DNA of 64,000 nucleotides from Ylistrum balloti. Lineage: Eukaryota. The first letter of the stretch is position 1. Each line of letters starts with the position of its first letter. Where the stretch lies: NCBI RefSeq assembly GCF_031769215.1, contig NW_026782081.1, positions 2,790,001 to 2,854,000 on the forward strand, in the 5' to 3' direction. The position numbers and the translations under genes are program-made. Positions 1 to 12,189 of this stretch are shown one piece after another. The notes beneath the pieces were generated by a model. It was not told the origin of the DNA. It did no database searches and saw only the letters and a list, made by a program, of their open reading frames with translations.

Positions 1-4
1 ACGG

Positions 5-1165
5 TTTAAGATATCTCGTTACAAAGAGTAAAGTGATCTCGTCATTAAAGCTGTAGCTATTTCGTTATATTAACATACGTCATCATGCGTTTTTGCTGTG
101 ATTTCATTATAGATTCTTAATTTCCAGTGCCATGATAAGACTATTGGATAATAGAGGAAACAGAATGATACATATACAATGTTACACACCATAAATGTAC
201 AACGAATACAATATAATCATACAATGTATATAAATGAAATACATTATATCACAATAACATGACATACATTAACACAGTATATTTTAAAACAATAACTTAC
301 TAATGCATATTCAAAACTACGCTGTGCGTTATGGGCTAAACCAAATTACTATATCAGACAGAAATATAAAGGAAAACATATTTTTGTAATATGAAATTTG
401 AAATATAATCAATGTCTTTAGTTACATCAACTCAATTTCACTATTGAGGCTGGAATTTTAAAATATCTCTTGACTGTATATTCTGTTTATAATATTAAAA
501 AAAACTACCACGGATTACAAAGCGACAACCCATATGTGAATATGTTTATACTTTAAATACTTTTGATAAAGTACGCTAAAATTTCTATCAAGACCTTTGT
601 TATTTTGGAAACGTCTCTTCATATCAACTCAATCACAGCATGTGTTTGATATTTTGAAACTCCGAATCTACAATGGTTGGATGTATAATAATGTAGAAAA
701 TGAAGAACGGTTTTTACCACTTATACTGAACTTTTTATTTTCACTTTCAGATGCTGTCTAATTCAAATTTTAAAATTTGATATATATATATTGTTCTGGC
801 AGAAGACTTATATAGGCTCTAGACCGCTGTCTAATCATATTGATTATTTTTATCAAAAAAATATTCTGAAATCAAAAATGTGACGCAGTAAGGAACAAGA
901 GTGCAGAGCCCGTATATTACCGTGAAATGACTGATAAAACAGAACTCCATTTACATATGTGTGCATACTTATTGGACAAGCTATCAAGAGGAGTCATTTA
1001 CATATGAACACTTTTACTTTGGTCCTTCGACTGCCTTGGTAACGGTAAAGCTAGCTTATTCGTAATAACGAAGTAACTTGACTTTTAACAACGAGATAAT
1101 GCAACTCTTAATTACGAGATCATGAAGTCGTAATAATGATATTGCACAACCATTTATAACGAGAT
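5..1165. repeat. Degenerate inverted-repeat pair built of ~22-bp aacgagat-containing units
   Basis: The reverse complement of 5-72 (gttaatataacgaaatagctacagctttaatgacgagatcactttactctttgtaacgagatatc) aligns with 1062-1125 (gtaataacgaagtaacttgacttttaacaacgagataatgcaactcttaattacgagatcat). Confidence 0.55.
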
Positions 1166-1389
1166 GATGCAAGTAATACTTATTAGATTTCTTTTTATTG
1201 AATTAACATATGGTACCTATCGGCGTTTTTAATTTTCAATTATTTAATCTGTATCGAGGTTTAGGTCCTCAACGAGTATTTAACCAACCTTCGACGACCT
1301 TTTTAAATAATTCTTTTGTAAGAACTTTATTTTTATCCCATTTGGGACAGCAACATGTCCCCATTCTTAGAGGATAGATCGCCGTCCTT

Positions 1390-1810
1390 CTTCATTTTCC
1401 AAGAAAGGTGGACAACGGCTGTATTGTTGTAATAAGGAAATGACGTGACTCGTAATAACGATAATAATGTATAATTGTAAAGTATATTTTAGCATATATT
1501 GTAAAAAGAAATGCATTGAAATTAAAGAGGTAATATACAGAGGACGAAAGCATAAAGCGGACCAGGTCGACAATATCATTGTCAAGTTAAGTGGTAAAAT
1601 CTCACAACAGGCTAATGGAAACAAACTTTGAACCTATCTTGGTTGACATGAGTTCATCTAAACGAGTATCAAAGATCTTACAGAAAATCTTCAATTCACC
1701 TATAAATCATTTGATGACGACATGTCATTAAATAATAAAATAGTTATGAATTATGTTTATCTTTAATACCAACCAGAATATCAAATTAACAACAAGACAC
1801 ACTGTTCTTT
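1390..1810 (+). mobile_element. Penelope-like element, decayed RT core fragment
   Basis: Stop-ridden translation VDNIIVKLSGKISQQ...FTYKSFDDDMSLNN...YL*YQPEYQINNKT matches the PLE RT pattern IDNIFV.FGG.VFQQ...FTFRYIDDVLSLNN...IYP.ELEIKDTT. Ends are approximate. Confidence 0.65.
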
Positions 1811-3702
1811 ATCATCCACTTAAAATTATTCTTTCATTGCAAGATTTTCTGTACTTACCTTGTATTGCGGTTGGTTGTAATGTCAAGCAATAACAAAAGA
1901 CCACCGTATTCCATAAGACCTTCATGATGGAAGAAACCTTTTCCTACTGCAGTTTACACAGATAATATTTACACCAATACGTACACAACAAATGCCTTGA
2001 GAAATGACATATGTGAAAGCCAACGCACGAATACACAAAACCTGACACACATGAAAGATAAGAAATAATAGTGATACAAAAAAAGTGCCACATTTTAATA
2101 AAATAAAAAGCAACAGATTTTCAATTCAATCTCAAATTCGAGAAAACGAGGATAAGATACGATCAGAATATCTTTAACAAAAACTCTTGATATGATATGA
2201 ATGGTTGCTAATTTATATTTTTTTTCAATTGAATTTGTTTCTTAGTTAAGTATACATAAGGTAAGAAAGCAACATTAAAGTACTATCCTGAGAACGTAAT
2301 CCAACCTCATATTCAATAAAACTAAGGTAAAATATGAAAAGAAAGAAAACAAACACAAGACACTCAAGAAAAAAAACGAAAAGTGTAGTCAGCGTCTTCT
2401 TCTTTATCGATGACAAATACAATAAAAATATTTTTCAATCCAAGCAAATTATGTTACGTGCCTAAATAAGAATACGGTACAATGAAAATAACGGTATCAC
2501 CAAGTTCAGTAACAAGCGCAAAATACGTCCAATTTCATATCACGCAAGAAAGTACAACGTTCCTAACAAGCTCTTTAGAGCAACCAGTATTATATGTCCA
2601 ACTGAATCTACAGAAATCCTGTATTGTTGTTCGTTTGATAGCGAGTTGCCGATATCTTGCATGGAATTCGTGATGCTTGGAAAAATATTTTCAAAAGACA
2701 CACAAGTAAATAGCATCTTTAATATGAATTTAGAGTAGAGCCACACAATGAATTAAACTGTACCACATAATCTAGATTTAGAAGCCTAGGAGAGGACTGA
2801 GGAAAATTCACAGGATCAAAACAATTGCCTTAATCTAGATGTCATGGTGCACTAGCCCAATAACTTAATAATTACTTAATTTTCATGTATCTGACAATTT
2901 TAGAAGAACGCAAAGCATATTGTCTATTCTGAACCGTGGTACTATACGAAGAAATTGAAACGCGACATGCAAGTTACGGCAAACACCAGGAGACTTATTT
3001 TTCACGAGCGGAGTGCAAGGCCAGCAATGTCGAAGATTGCACAAAAATACACACAGTTGAGTAATATCTTTTAATCAGATTAAATAAGATACGGTAAGGT
3101 TAAACATTGAATTTCACTTTATTATACCTCTTTCATCCATCTGGAACTCGTCGCTAATGTTAAAGGCCAAATTTGTAAAGCCTAAGAGGTTATTGAAAAT
3201 CCAAATAAATCGAATCGAATGAAAAGTCTGGATTGGAGAATGCACTCACCCCTTCAGAAAATTTTTGAAAGCTTTATCAACAAATCTTTTGTTGTTTAAA
3301 GACCCTGTTTTGAGCCTAAAATTGAAGAGCATAATAAGGCCATTGATACAGTAAACAGATGAATTCTGACTTGTTTGAAATGAGAAAGATACCAAACAGA
3401 GCATTGCTAATTCTTACCAGGTAGCAGAGGTTGGTAGGGCAAACTGTTGTCAGTCTTCTTTTCCTTATATCTAAAGTCAGTTAAAATAGGTTGATGTACA
3501 TGAAACGTCAGCACGCAAGATCAAAATTTGAATGCAGAACAAGAACATGAACAAGTATCATAAATGGAATGTTCCTGTAAGTATGAAACAGTATTTTCAC
3601 GTCGGTCATTATTTATGAAGAACAATATGAAATGTAGTATTTTTTATGTTTTATTTTAACAGTATTCTTGGAATTTACATGAAGGCGTCCATAGTGTAAG
3701 AT

Positions 3703-6178
3703 TCAGCCTTGTACAGAACTTGCGTCAAAAGAACTGCAATTAAAAAAACATCACAGTCACATTACATATAACAACACATATTATCGCATTTTTCTACATG
3801 CTTAACAACCAACTATTCAATACCTGCTTAGATATATATCTGTGGTTGATTGCCGCTGAGATTCATTATATTTAAACTACTAATACGTCAACCATATGAT
3901 ACCGAACTTCTCATAATTACTAATTGCGGACGAAATTGAAATCGAAAATTAAAAGATCTGAAAAAGACTCAGTAGTGTACAGTAGTTTGGTAACTATCAC
4001 GAGCGAAAATTATTCATTATTCATGATATGATGCTATATCCTATAAGCAGTCATAACCATCATATATTCAACACTTCTAAATTGTAAGCACATATATGAA
4101 ACGTTTTATAAACTGACAACATTTTTTTCTTTTAACCGATCTCAGAACATATCACCGTAACGGGGGATTTTACAACAACAAAAGACAAACACCTGATGTT
4201 TGCAAACTCATTTCAGTGGCATAATGTTTTCATCAGCCTGTTGGTAAATTACCTCATTTGACATATATAGTTGTAGCTTGTACTACAATGTTCGTCAGCC
4301 ATATCAAATGACAGGCCCCCAAACAGACACATACAATTAGATGCATTGCCATTGTTCGGTTGGTAGGGAGCCCAATGCAAGTATGCAATCATTTGTCCAG
4401 TAGACGTCCAACGCCATGTATTTTCAGCTTCAATATCTGTTCCATCAATCCAATACGCAACACGGTTTGGATCTGAAAGTTATTCCATTTAAATTTCCAT
4501 TAAAATATTTGTAATATGTAAAATATTGAATATACATAGTGTGGATCTTGACACTATTCCATATATGAATTGATGGTTTGCGAGAATAGATAATGTTTAC
4601 ATGAAGCGTCAGTTACATCAACATTACAAAAGTATATATGCATTGTGTAATACCTATTTCATATGCACTATTGTTTTTGTTCCGTTGTGAGCTAAAATGT
4701 ATGTAATTGCCATAATAAACAACTAAATGAACTCGATGTTTTAAGCGATTTGTTTGAGTTAACAAATACCGGCACTTGGAATTGTTGCATGATGTCATGT
4801 ATCACGTCTTAAATTCAATCTTTCTCTAATTGTCACTGTGATAAAGATAATTAAAATGAAGTTTATAACTTGTTTGTAAAACGTTTAATTAAACTTTGTA
4901 AAGTTACGTTGATAGTTACGAACTTCGATTTATTTAGTTCAAAGCAAACGGGATTTACAAAAGAATATAATCATATTGACGTCCTGTCAATTCTGTAATG
5001 CATCACAATGTACATGTACAACAAAGGTTTACCACTTGAATGATATCGGTTGACTTCCATCTTCAAAAAAGCATAGTCCTCTGCAGAAGAGACAGTTGCA
5101 AGGTGACTCTTGAAAGCATTACAGACAGCCTGGAACAGAAAAACAAAACGATGTCATCATAACATTAGCAAAAATGAAACTTTATTGAATATTCTATTTT
5201 GAAGACAGTATTTTACTTTAAAAATGGAGTATTTACGTATTTTGAGTCATAAATATAGGGAATAAGAAAGTGCATATTTCAATATCAACAAATTTTCTTG
5301 ACAAATGTCAAAAGGAATTGGACATCAGGTATTGCCTATTTAAGTCCTCTCCTTCAGGTGACAACCTGTGGTAAACAAACAAACAGACATATATATAAAT
5401 ACAATTTTGTTAAAGAAAGACATAAGGGGAAATAACTCCTTATTGTAAACAAACTAGTTCAGGATTATATTAGGAAGTAACCCAATGTTATGACTATTGA
5501 GTTTGAGCATTAATCAAGATTATCTCATCTGAGATAGTTTCATAGTCTTAATTTTGGCTTGATGAGTTTAAATATTTGTAGAAATTAGGCTTTTCTCCCA
5601 GCAGATAAGGCCACATAAAGTCCATATGCACAACACACTTTCCAAACTGTTTAAAACCCAATTTCAACAAATAGATATATAAAGTTTGTAAGTAAGGTTA
5701 CAACAAGTGCTATTTATAATATGAAGATTGCTTTTTTAAATACGAAGGAGTTACTTCATATAGTTACTTAAGTGAAAGTAATACATTTTGTAATATCATA
5801 AATCTGTGAAAGCACTTACCGCTGATTCACCCCAGGATGCCCTGTCTCTAGAAAACAAGTAACAACTGTCCCGATGTCTCAGCCAGCCAGATCTGCATCG
5901 TGCTGCTCAATTACACAGATGTATAAATATCAAATCTATCGTGATATAATTACGACGAATAACACAGTCTTCAATCTCAGTAAAGTCGCAAATACGATGA
6001 TGATTTAGGCAAAGTGATATTACTGACAGTAAAGTTATCGAGAAAAGAGATCACATGTATTATCGAATATTTTCATATATTATATATACTATCAATTAAC
6101 ATTGCTATTGCTTTGTAACATACCTTCACAAGCTAAAAAACTAACTACCAAGCTACCTAGAAACAAAAGTGTCTTCAT
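3703..6178 (-). CDS. Secreted C-type lectin (perlucin-like), CTL-A, 161 aa, 5 exons
   Basis: Exons 6178-6124, 5902-5820, 5129-5033, 4472-4253, 3733-3703, all GT-AG and in frame (486 nt). Signal peptide MKTLLFLGSLVVSFLACEA, then RCRSGWLRHRDSCYLFSRDRASWGESA AVCNAFKSHLATVSSAEDYAFLK...YWIDGTDIEAENTWRW...WAPYQPNNGNASNCMCLFGGLSFDMADEHCSTSYNYICQMSSFDASSVQG*. An in-frame ATG lies 9 nt upstream (6187). Confidence 0.9.
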
Positions 6179-7239
6179 TTTAATCATGTATAATTATACA
6201 CAATGCATGCTATGCCCATAAGCTATAAAGGACGATATGAATACGATAAGATATAGAAATTATTATTTATCACATTACCTTTACTCAAGGTCAAGGTCGA
6301 CGATTTATCATGTTTGACATACTTACTGTGTACCGGGTTATATTCCTTACAATTTCATATTCATGCTTTTTGTAATCGTGTCCGTCGGCAGATTCCCACA
6401 CTTTAGCGAGTATTTCCAGTTCCGAAACAGAAATGAATAATCATAACCAATGGAAATGTTTGTTTGTTTTGTGTCAAATATTTTAGTTTTGTTTTTCACG
6501 ACACTATTGATCAAAAACAACAAAATGAATACTGACAACATGTCTGTATTCATTTTGTTTTTTATCAATGGTGAATACATAACAGAAAAATAGGATAAAC
6601 AACCAAATAAACAAACAAACAAGATCGGAATATTGATTTTAACCCAAATGTTTGGGTACCATAGCTAGGTTATTCAAGTGTCCAGGGGTCAGAGAGGGTA
6701 GGGAGGTGAGTTACAACACTTGGGCCTAAAGCTCAACTTACTATCTTATCCTTGACAGTATAGACTTAATTTATGCAGTCCAGCCAACTCTAGGTTCTGG
6801 ATTTATAATGACCTATTTGGGATGTATAACTGTCATTTTATAGTATTACATGGTGCCAGTTCACTGCCTGCCATAGGCCCAAATTTATATGTGGCACATG
6901 ATTTCTGAGCATGTGGGTAAATATCTATCCTCAGCACCTCTGGGACAATTATAAAATTATCACTTTTCGGCACGATATAAATTTTGATATGCTCCCTCTA
7001 TATAGGTATATATATGTCTGTACGTGTCATTTGAAGAGGTACAAATGTTGAAGTAAACTGAATATCAGGATTAAGTTAAATATAGTTAGATCCGATTGGA
7101 TGCAGGTCTTATTACATCTATATTCGAGTGACCATTCAGATTTCCATGAACACAGAACATCAATGACGCCATAGTGCTATTAAGTATCAGGTGACATGTT
7201 CCACATTGATACTAGATCTTTATGGAGCGGGTGATGATA

Positions 7240-7620
7240 GTTACGGATATATCGACGGTAGATATCTGATTGCTAGCAGCCAAGAACCTTGATGAGATGA
7301 TCGGGAACATCTGACTGTGCTGCTGTTGTCGCAGCTCTTATTCAACACAAATGATCTGTGTACGGTGGATGTTTCAGTCTTAACTGGTTCAATGTCTGTC
7401 GTATCTTGACCATAAACGCATGGTGACTTATGGCGACATAATGAACGGAAAATAGAGGGACGAAGGACATCATATGGTCATAACTACAGAGATTCTTCTT
7501 TAAGTATAGATTTGCACTTATGTACAATTGATAAGCAGAGGTGAAGTGTCCTGTGATAACGTTAGTTTAGCCTCTGGTACTGGTCGATAAACGGGAACAT
7601 AAATCTCGTGAAGCTTCAAG
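7240..7620 (-). mobile_element. Tyrosine-recombinase (DIRS/Ngaro-type) retrotransposon relic, YR C-terminus
   Basis: Minus-strand translation HHAFMVKIRQTLNQLRLKHPPYTDHLC*IRAATTAAQSDVPDHLIKVLGC*QSDIYRRYIR matches YR motifs GHSFRIGAATTAA...PDHLIKTLGRWxSDxYxRYIR. Non-coding element sequence probably extends to about 6620. Confidence 0.78.
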
Positions 7621-8307
7621 TTTAGTTTCGTGTGTGTTAGTGACTGTGTTGAGATGACAGGCATACCAAAATGTACTGTGTAAACCTGTCTTATATCTGA
7701 TAGTCTATTTCCTCTCTATTATGTAATTTATAGACGGTAAATCAATTGTATTATGTTTTTCTCAACGAAAGGCGGTCAAAGTAGATTGAGATATGTTTCA
7801 TTGTTTCATTCATTGTAACTGGAATATTAAAATAGTTTTTATTGCATTTGCCAGTGAAATATAGGGATTTAACAATGTTGTAAAATCTGGAGTGATGATA
7901 TAATAAATCATATTGTTGTTCATATACCATTCATGCTATTGACCAATAAGAACGCTTTTTTTAAGCAATGCATTGAAATTCAACTCCAGTTGTTCTCTTA
8001 TTTCGTTTATAAAAAACAGTTTTGAAAACTTCTTTTATCATATCACTACTTAAGGTGGTGTAATACAGCCATTTGTTCATAAAATGTTTGTGTCAGAGTT
8101 TTATTGCAAAACGAGCAATAAAGAGATATTACAAATGTTGGTGCAAAGACAAAAATGTGAAAGTGTATTCTACAGTCTTCCCCCAAGTGAAAAATGAAAA
8201 GACAAAATTTGTAATGAAATACGATTTAAATACACTACAAAATATTTCAAAAATTAACCAACGAAATCACAGACTGAATCAGTATGGAAATGCACATCGT
8301 GTTTGGT

Positions 8308-11257
8308 TCATCCAATAATCGGACCTGCAATGATGCTACCTCTGAAATCAATAAAACATGTCATTTACATCATACACTTCCGGTAAACATGTTTAAAGTT
8401 ATACTTTATGTAAAATGTCATACATTAATGGAAAGGAATATCAAGTCAAATTACCCTTAAAACACTACTGTATGAATAACTATAACCCGTCGTTTTGACA
8501 ACATCAAGGTGAAGACAAAATTATATAAATTGAAAACCCAAATTTTCGCTAGGAAAGTAACATTGCAGATTTCTTAAAGTAACGAAAATGTGCCACAGCA
8601 ATCAGGACATTGTGTAGTTACTGATGGAATGCAGATGCTGTTTACAATGCAAGGGGGACTTAAACAGTTAAACAGAAACACCAGGCTACTAAAACTAGCC
8701 TTAAATGTGTTTGACATCAAAATAAAGTAATTTGCTATCCATGTAATTTGTTTGTGCTCTGTGTTTGAAAAAGATGTATTCAAGTCGTTACTGTTGTTGT
8801 AATTTGTCTCCACCATCATGTGTTCGTGTTTATAAAAAAAGTCTATTTGCAAAACCTTCACATGATACCATCAGCGCTACATCTGAGAGGGGTCTCCCGA
8901 AAAAACTGAGTGACATTGACATGACATTAGATATCGATTGTAAATATCGGGAAGTATAGAAAATACGAACAAAAAGTCAATGGTTTATCGTGATATCGCT
9001 TGAAGAGAAACCATTAGTTTATTTATTTACCTCATTTGACATATATAGTTCTGCTTTGTATTGCAGGGATCGTCAGCCATATCGTATGATAGTCCCCAAG
9101 TGAGACTCAAACAGTTAGACAAATTTCCATTGTTTGGTTGGTTGAGTCCCCAATGCACGTATGTAATGTTTGCACCAGTAGAAACCCAACGCCATGTACC
9201 TTCAACTTCTACATCGCTTCCATCGGTCCAAAACCCACCTAAAAGTGTTCATTTTCTTACACAAAGTCAACAGATACAGCCATGCTATACTAAATGAGTA
9301 GTTTACACTGCATCATTGTGTTACCTTAATAAATATACCCTTCGATGCACACACGAGGAAACTAAATTAACATTAAATAAGGCTTTGATACTTCTATAAC
9401 TCCTTTTTAAATAGTTGAATATGTGATGTTATAGAACATCCATTTTGCCGTCAGCCATGCTTGAGTTAATGAACATAAATACATAGGTGCCTATTTTATC
9501 TCAAAGCATCATTTCACCTAGTTCACCTTTATCGTATCAGAGATTGTCATGGAAGTACAATAACACAGAATAAAACAGAACTGAATTCCACTTCGTTACC
9601 ATATAATAAAAGAACATTACCACCAACATGAGTACGGTTCAATTCTGAATTCAAGAATTCATTTTCCTCCGCAGAATTGACAACGGCAAGGTGGCTGTGA
9701 AATGCATTACAAATAGCCTGGAACAGAACACGATATAAACACATCTTAATACCATACACGAAGCCATGTCAATTCGTAAAATACCCAACAGCTGAAAATA
9801 TTTTCTATGATCTATGCACATTTCTTTGAAAAGGAACGAATACATCCTTAAGTGGGTTTCGTAGTGAAGAGATTGGAGAAATTAGATAATCTTCTTAAAG
9901 ATATGTTTTAGAAGAGCCCGTTAAGCCCGTGGATGTTTTTTAAAACTCACAAACCATTTATTCCACTTCTTGAGTATCAAAGTAAGTCTGTCACACCGAT
10001 TTATTAGTACTAAGAGTGGAAGCAAGATTTTATGTTTTTTTTCTTTTGGTTTCCTAATTATCATATGATATGGAATCTCAAGAGAGATAATCCAGGTACC
10101 AAGCAGGTAAACGAATGTCGGGATTATAACAATATTTCATTAGTTTACGTTTCGATATTTCGATGATTCTGTAGCCGTAAAATGCATTTAACCACTTAGC
10201 TTAATATATGCATCATAAGCCTTCAAATAATTTGTTAATTTTGTATTTTGGCTTTTATTTTACGTCATTTATGCATCTGGCAATAGAAGATTTGTCCGTT
10301 GCATTGTAGCTGGAGAGTATTTATATCTTTGTACTTTCCAGTGATATACAAGGCAAAAGACCATGGAAGGACCCCCTTTACTTCGTGCAATTAGAAAAAG
10401 TTAGAAAAAATAAAAACAAATATCATCTCAAATTCATTTTTTAGTCTTAACTACTCACATCAACTGAGTGTTTTTTCAATTTTTCGACATATTTCACTAT
10501 TGGATCTAGCTTGGTTTGGCAACCTCTACCCATTATTCTGATTAGGTATACTTATACACTATATATGTGTTTGTTTTTCCATTTCGATGAGTAATGTCAT
10601 TACGTAGATACCGTCAAATCGTTTCATGTCCGTCCACCTATCGTTTTCAAAACACTTAACATGACGTTGTAATTGCTTTTTGTCATGGTAATATGTCATT
10701 GCCGGCGTTAATTGAATTCGAGTCTTGTCCATCAAATGCTACAAATGCTGAGAAGGAAGAAATAAGATTAGAAAGAAAAACTTACCGCTGATTCACCCCA
10801 AGATGCCTCATCTCTTGAAAACAAGTAGCAGTTGTCATGGAATCTCAACCATCCATCCCTGCATTGTGCTGGTCAATTACACATAATCATTCTTATTACT
10901 TCCAGCATGGTATGATAACTACGAATAACTGGACGATATTAAATGTTTATAATTACATAATATTTGGACGTTTCTACACTAATAAACGGCTAGTGTTATA
11001 CCATTACAAGTGGAAGGGAAAATGCCGATGCAGTAAATTTACGGACAATTTCATTTCTCGAATCGCTTATGATTACATCAATATGACAATATGTTGCAAA
11101 AATTAAGGATACACGCTTGAAACAAAATGTCCTTAACCAATATCAATAATGCAAACGTGAAGTTTTAGTTGCTAATATGCGCTTCGCTGTTTTACTACGT
11201 ACCATTCAATGATGAAAAACAAACCACCACGCTAACTAAGACAAAAATGGATTTCAT
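8308..11257 (-). CDS. Secreted C-type lectin (perlucin-like), CTL-B, 158 aa, 5 exons
   Basis: Exons 11257-11203, 10868-10786, 9717-9621, 9238-9031, 8341-8308 (477 nt). MKSIFVLVSVVVCFSSLNA QCRDGWLRFHDNCYLFSRDEASWGESA AICNAFHSHLAVVNSAEENEFL...FWTDGSDVEVEGTWRW...WGLNQPNNGNLSNCLSLTWGLSYDMADDPCNTKQNYICQMRGSIIAGPIIG*. Exons 1-3 have the same sizes as in CTL-A. Confidence 0.9.
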
Positions 11258-12189
11258 CGTGATGCAGATACTATAATACTGTGCATGACAGGTAATGCGC
11301 AATGCTTATATACGGCAAAAAAACAGAGATAGCACACGATAAGATAATTGTAACAACTGTCATTCTTCCCAATCACTATGTCAAAGCAAGCGATACGTTA
11401 TGTCATCCAAACAATATGGCATGATCAAAAATAAATCCTTAATACAGATAAAGGACATAGTCAAATCATTATAATGTCACTTTGAAACCAGGTCATGGTC
11501 TCTACCGACAGTTAATGTCAGCTAGTGAATGTAACCTCAAACCAGGGGACAAAGTCAATGATATATTAAATCAAACGGATACATAATTAATCACTCCATC
11601 ATTACCGGTGATCAAGTAGAGGATGTTTAACTACATCACTGCCTTTATAGTACATAATAGAAAAATGGTCTGGTTGTTTTTTGTACTACTTGGCGAGTAC
11701 ATCTGCTGGTAGACTGTTTTGTCCATGGAAGCACTTCTAACCCAGTAGCTTTTTAGCCTGGATAAGGAAATAACTAATAGCATACTGGTTGAATCGGTGC
11801 CCAGTATAATTAGTCCCAAGGCCTATAATAAGAATACAGAGTACTCTTCGGATAGTCTTCAGGGATTTTAATGATTTTGCGCATGGCGCTAGTAGTATTT
11901 TGACCTATACAAAACTGGACCACGTAGATACCACCGTGCAAAATTAACCTTAAGTATTTATTTAGTCAATCAGACACTTTCTGTTTTCACCATTTCGAAA
12001 TGTGGGACAAGAAACGGCAAAATTAAAAGCTAAGAAGAAAATTAATAGTTTCCTGACTAATGAATTTTGTTATATCAAACGTTTTGAACCCTCATAAGTT
12101 TAAAATGTTATTTATGGTATAGAATGTACTCTGTGTTGTTTGATACAAGTTGGTGAAACAAACGACAGTTAACACAACATATCAATGGT

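Noticed and set aside
5903-5911. In-frame TGA just before exon 2 in both CTL-A and CTL-B (possible selenocysteine or read-through)
   Set aside because: The TGA lies in the intron next to the AG acceptor, and proper signal-peptide exons were found upstream (6178 and 11257).
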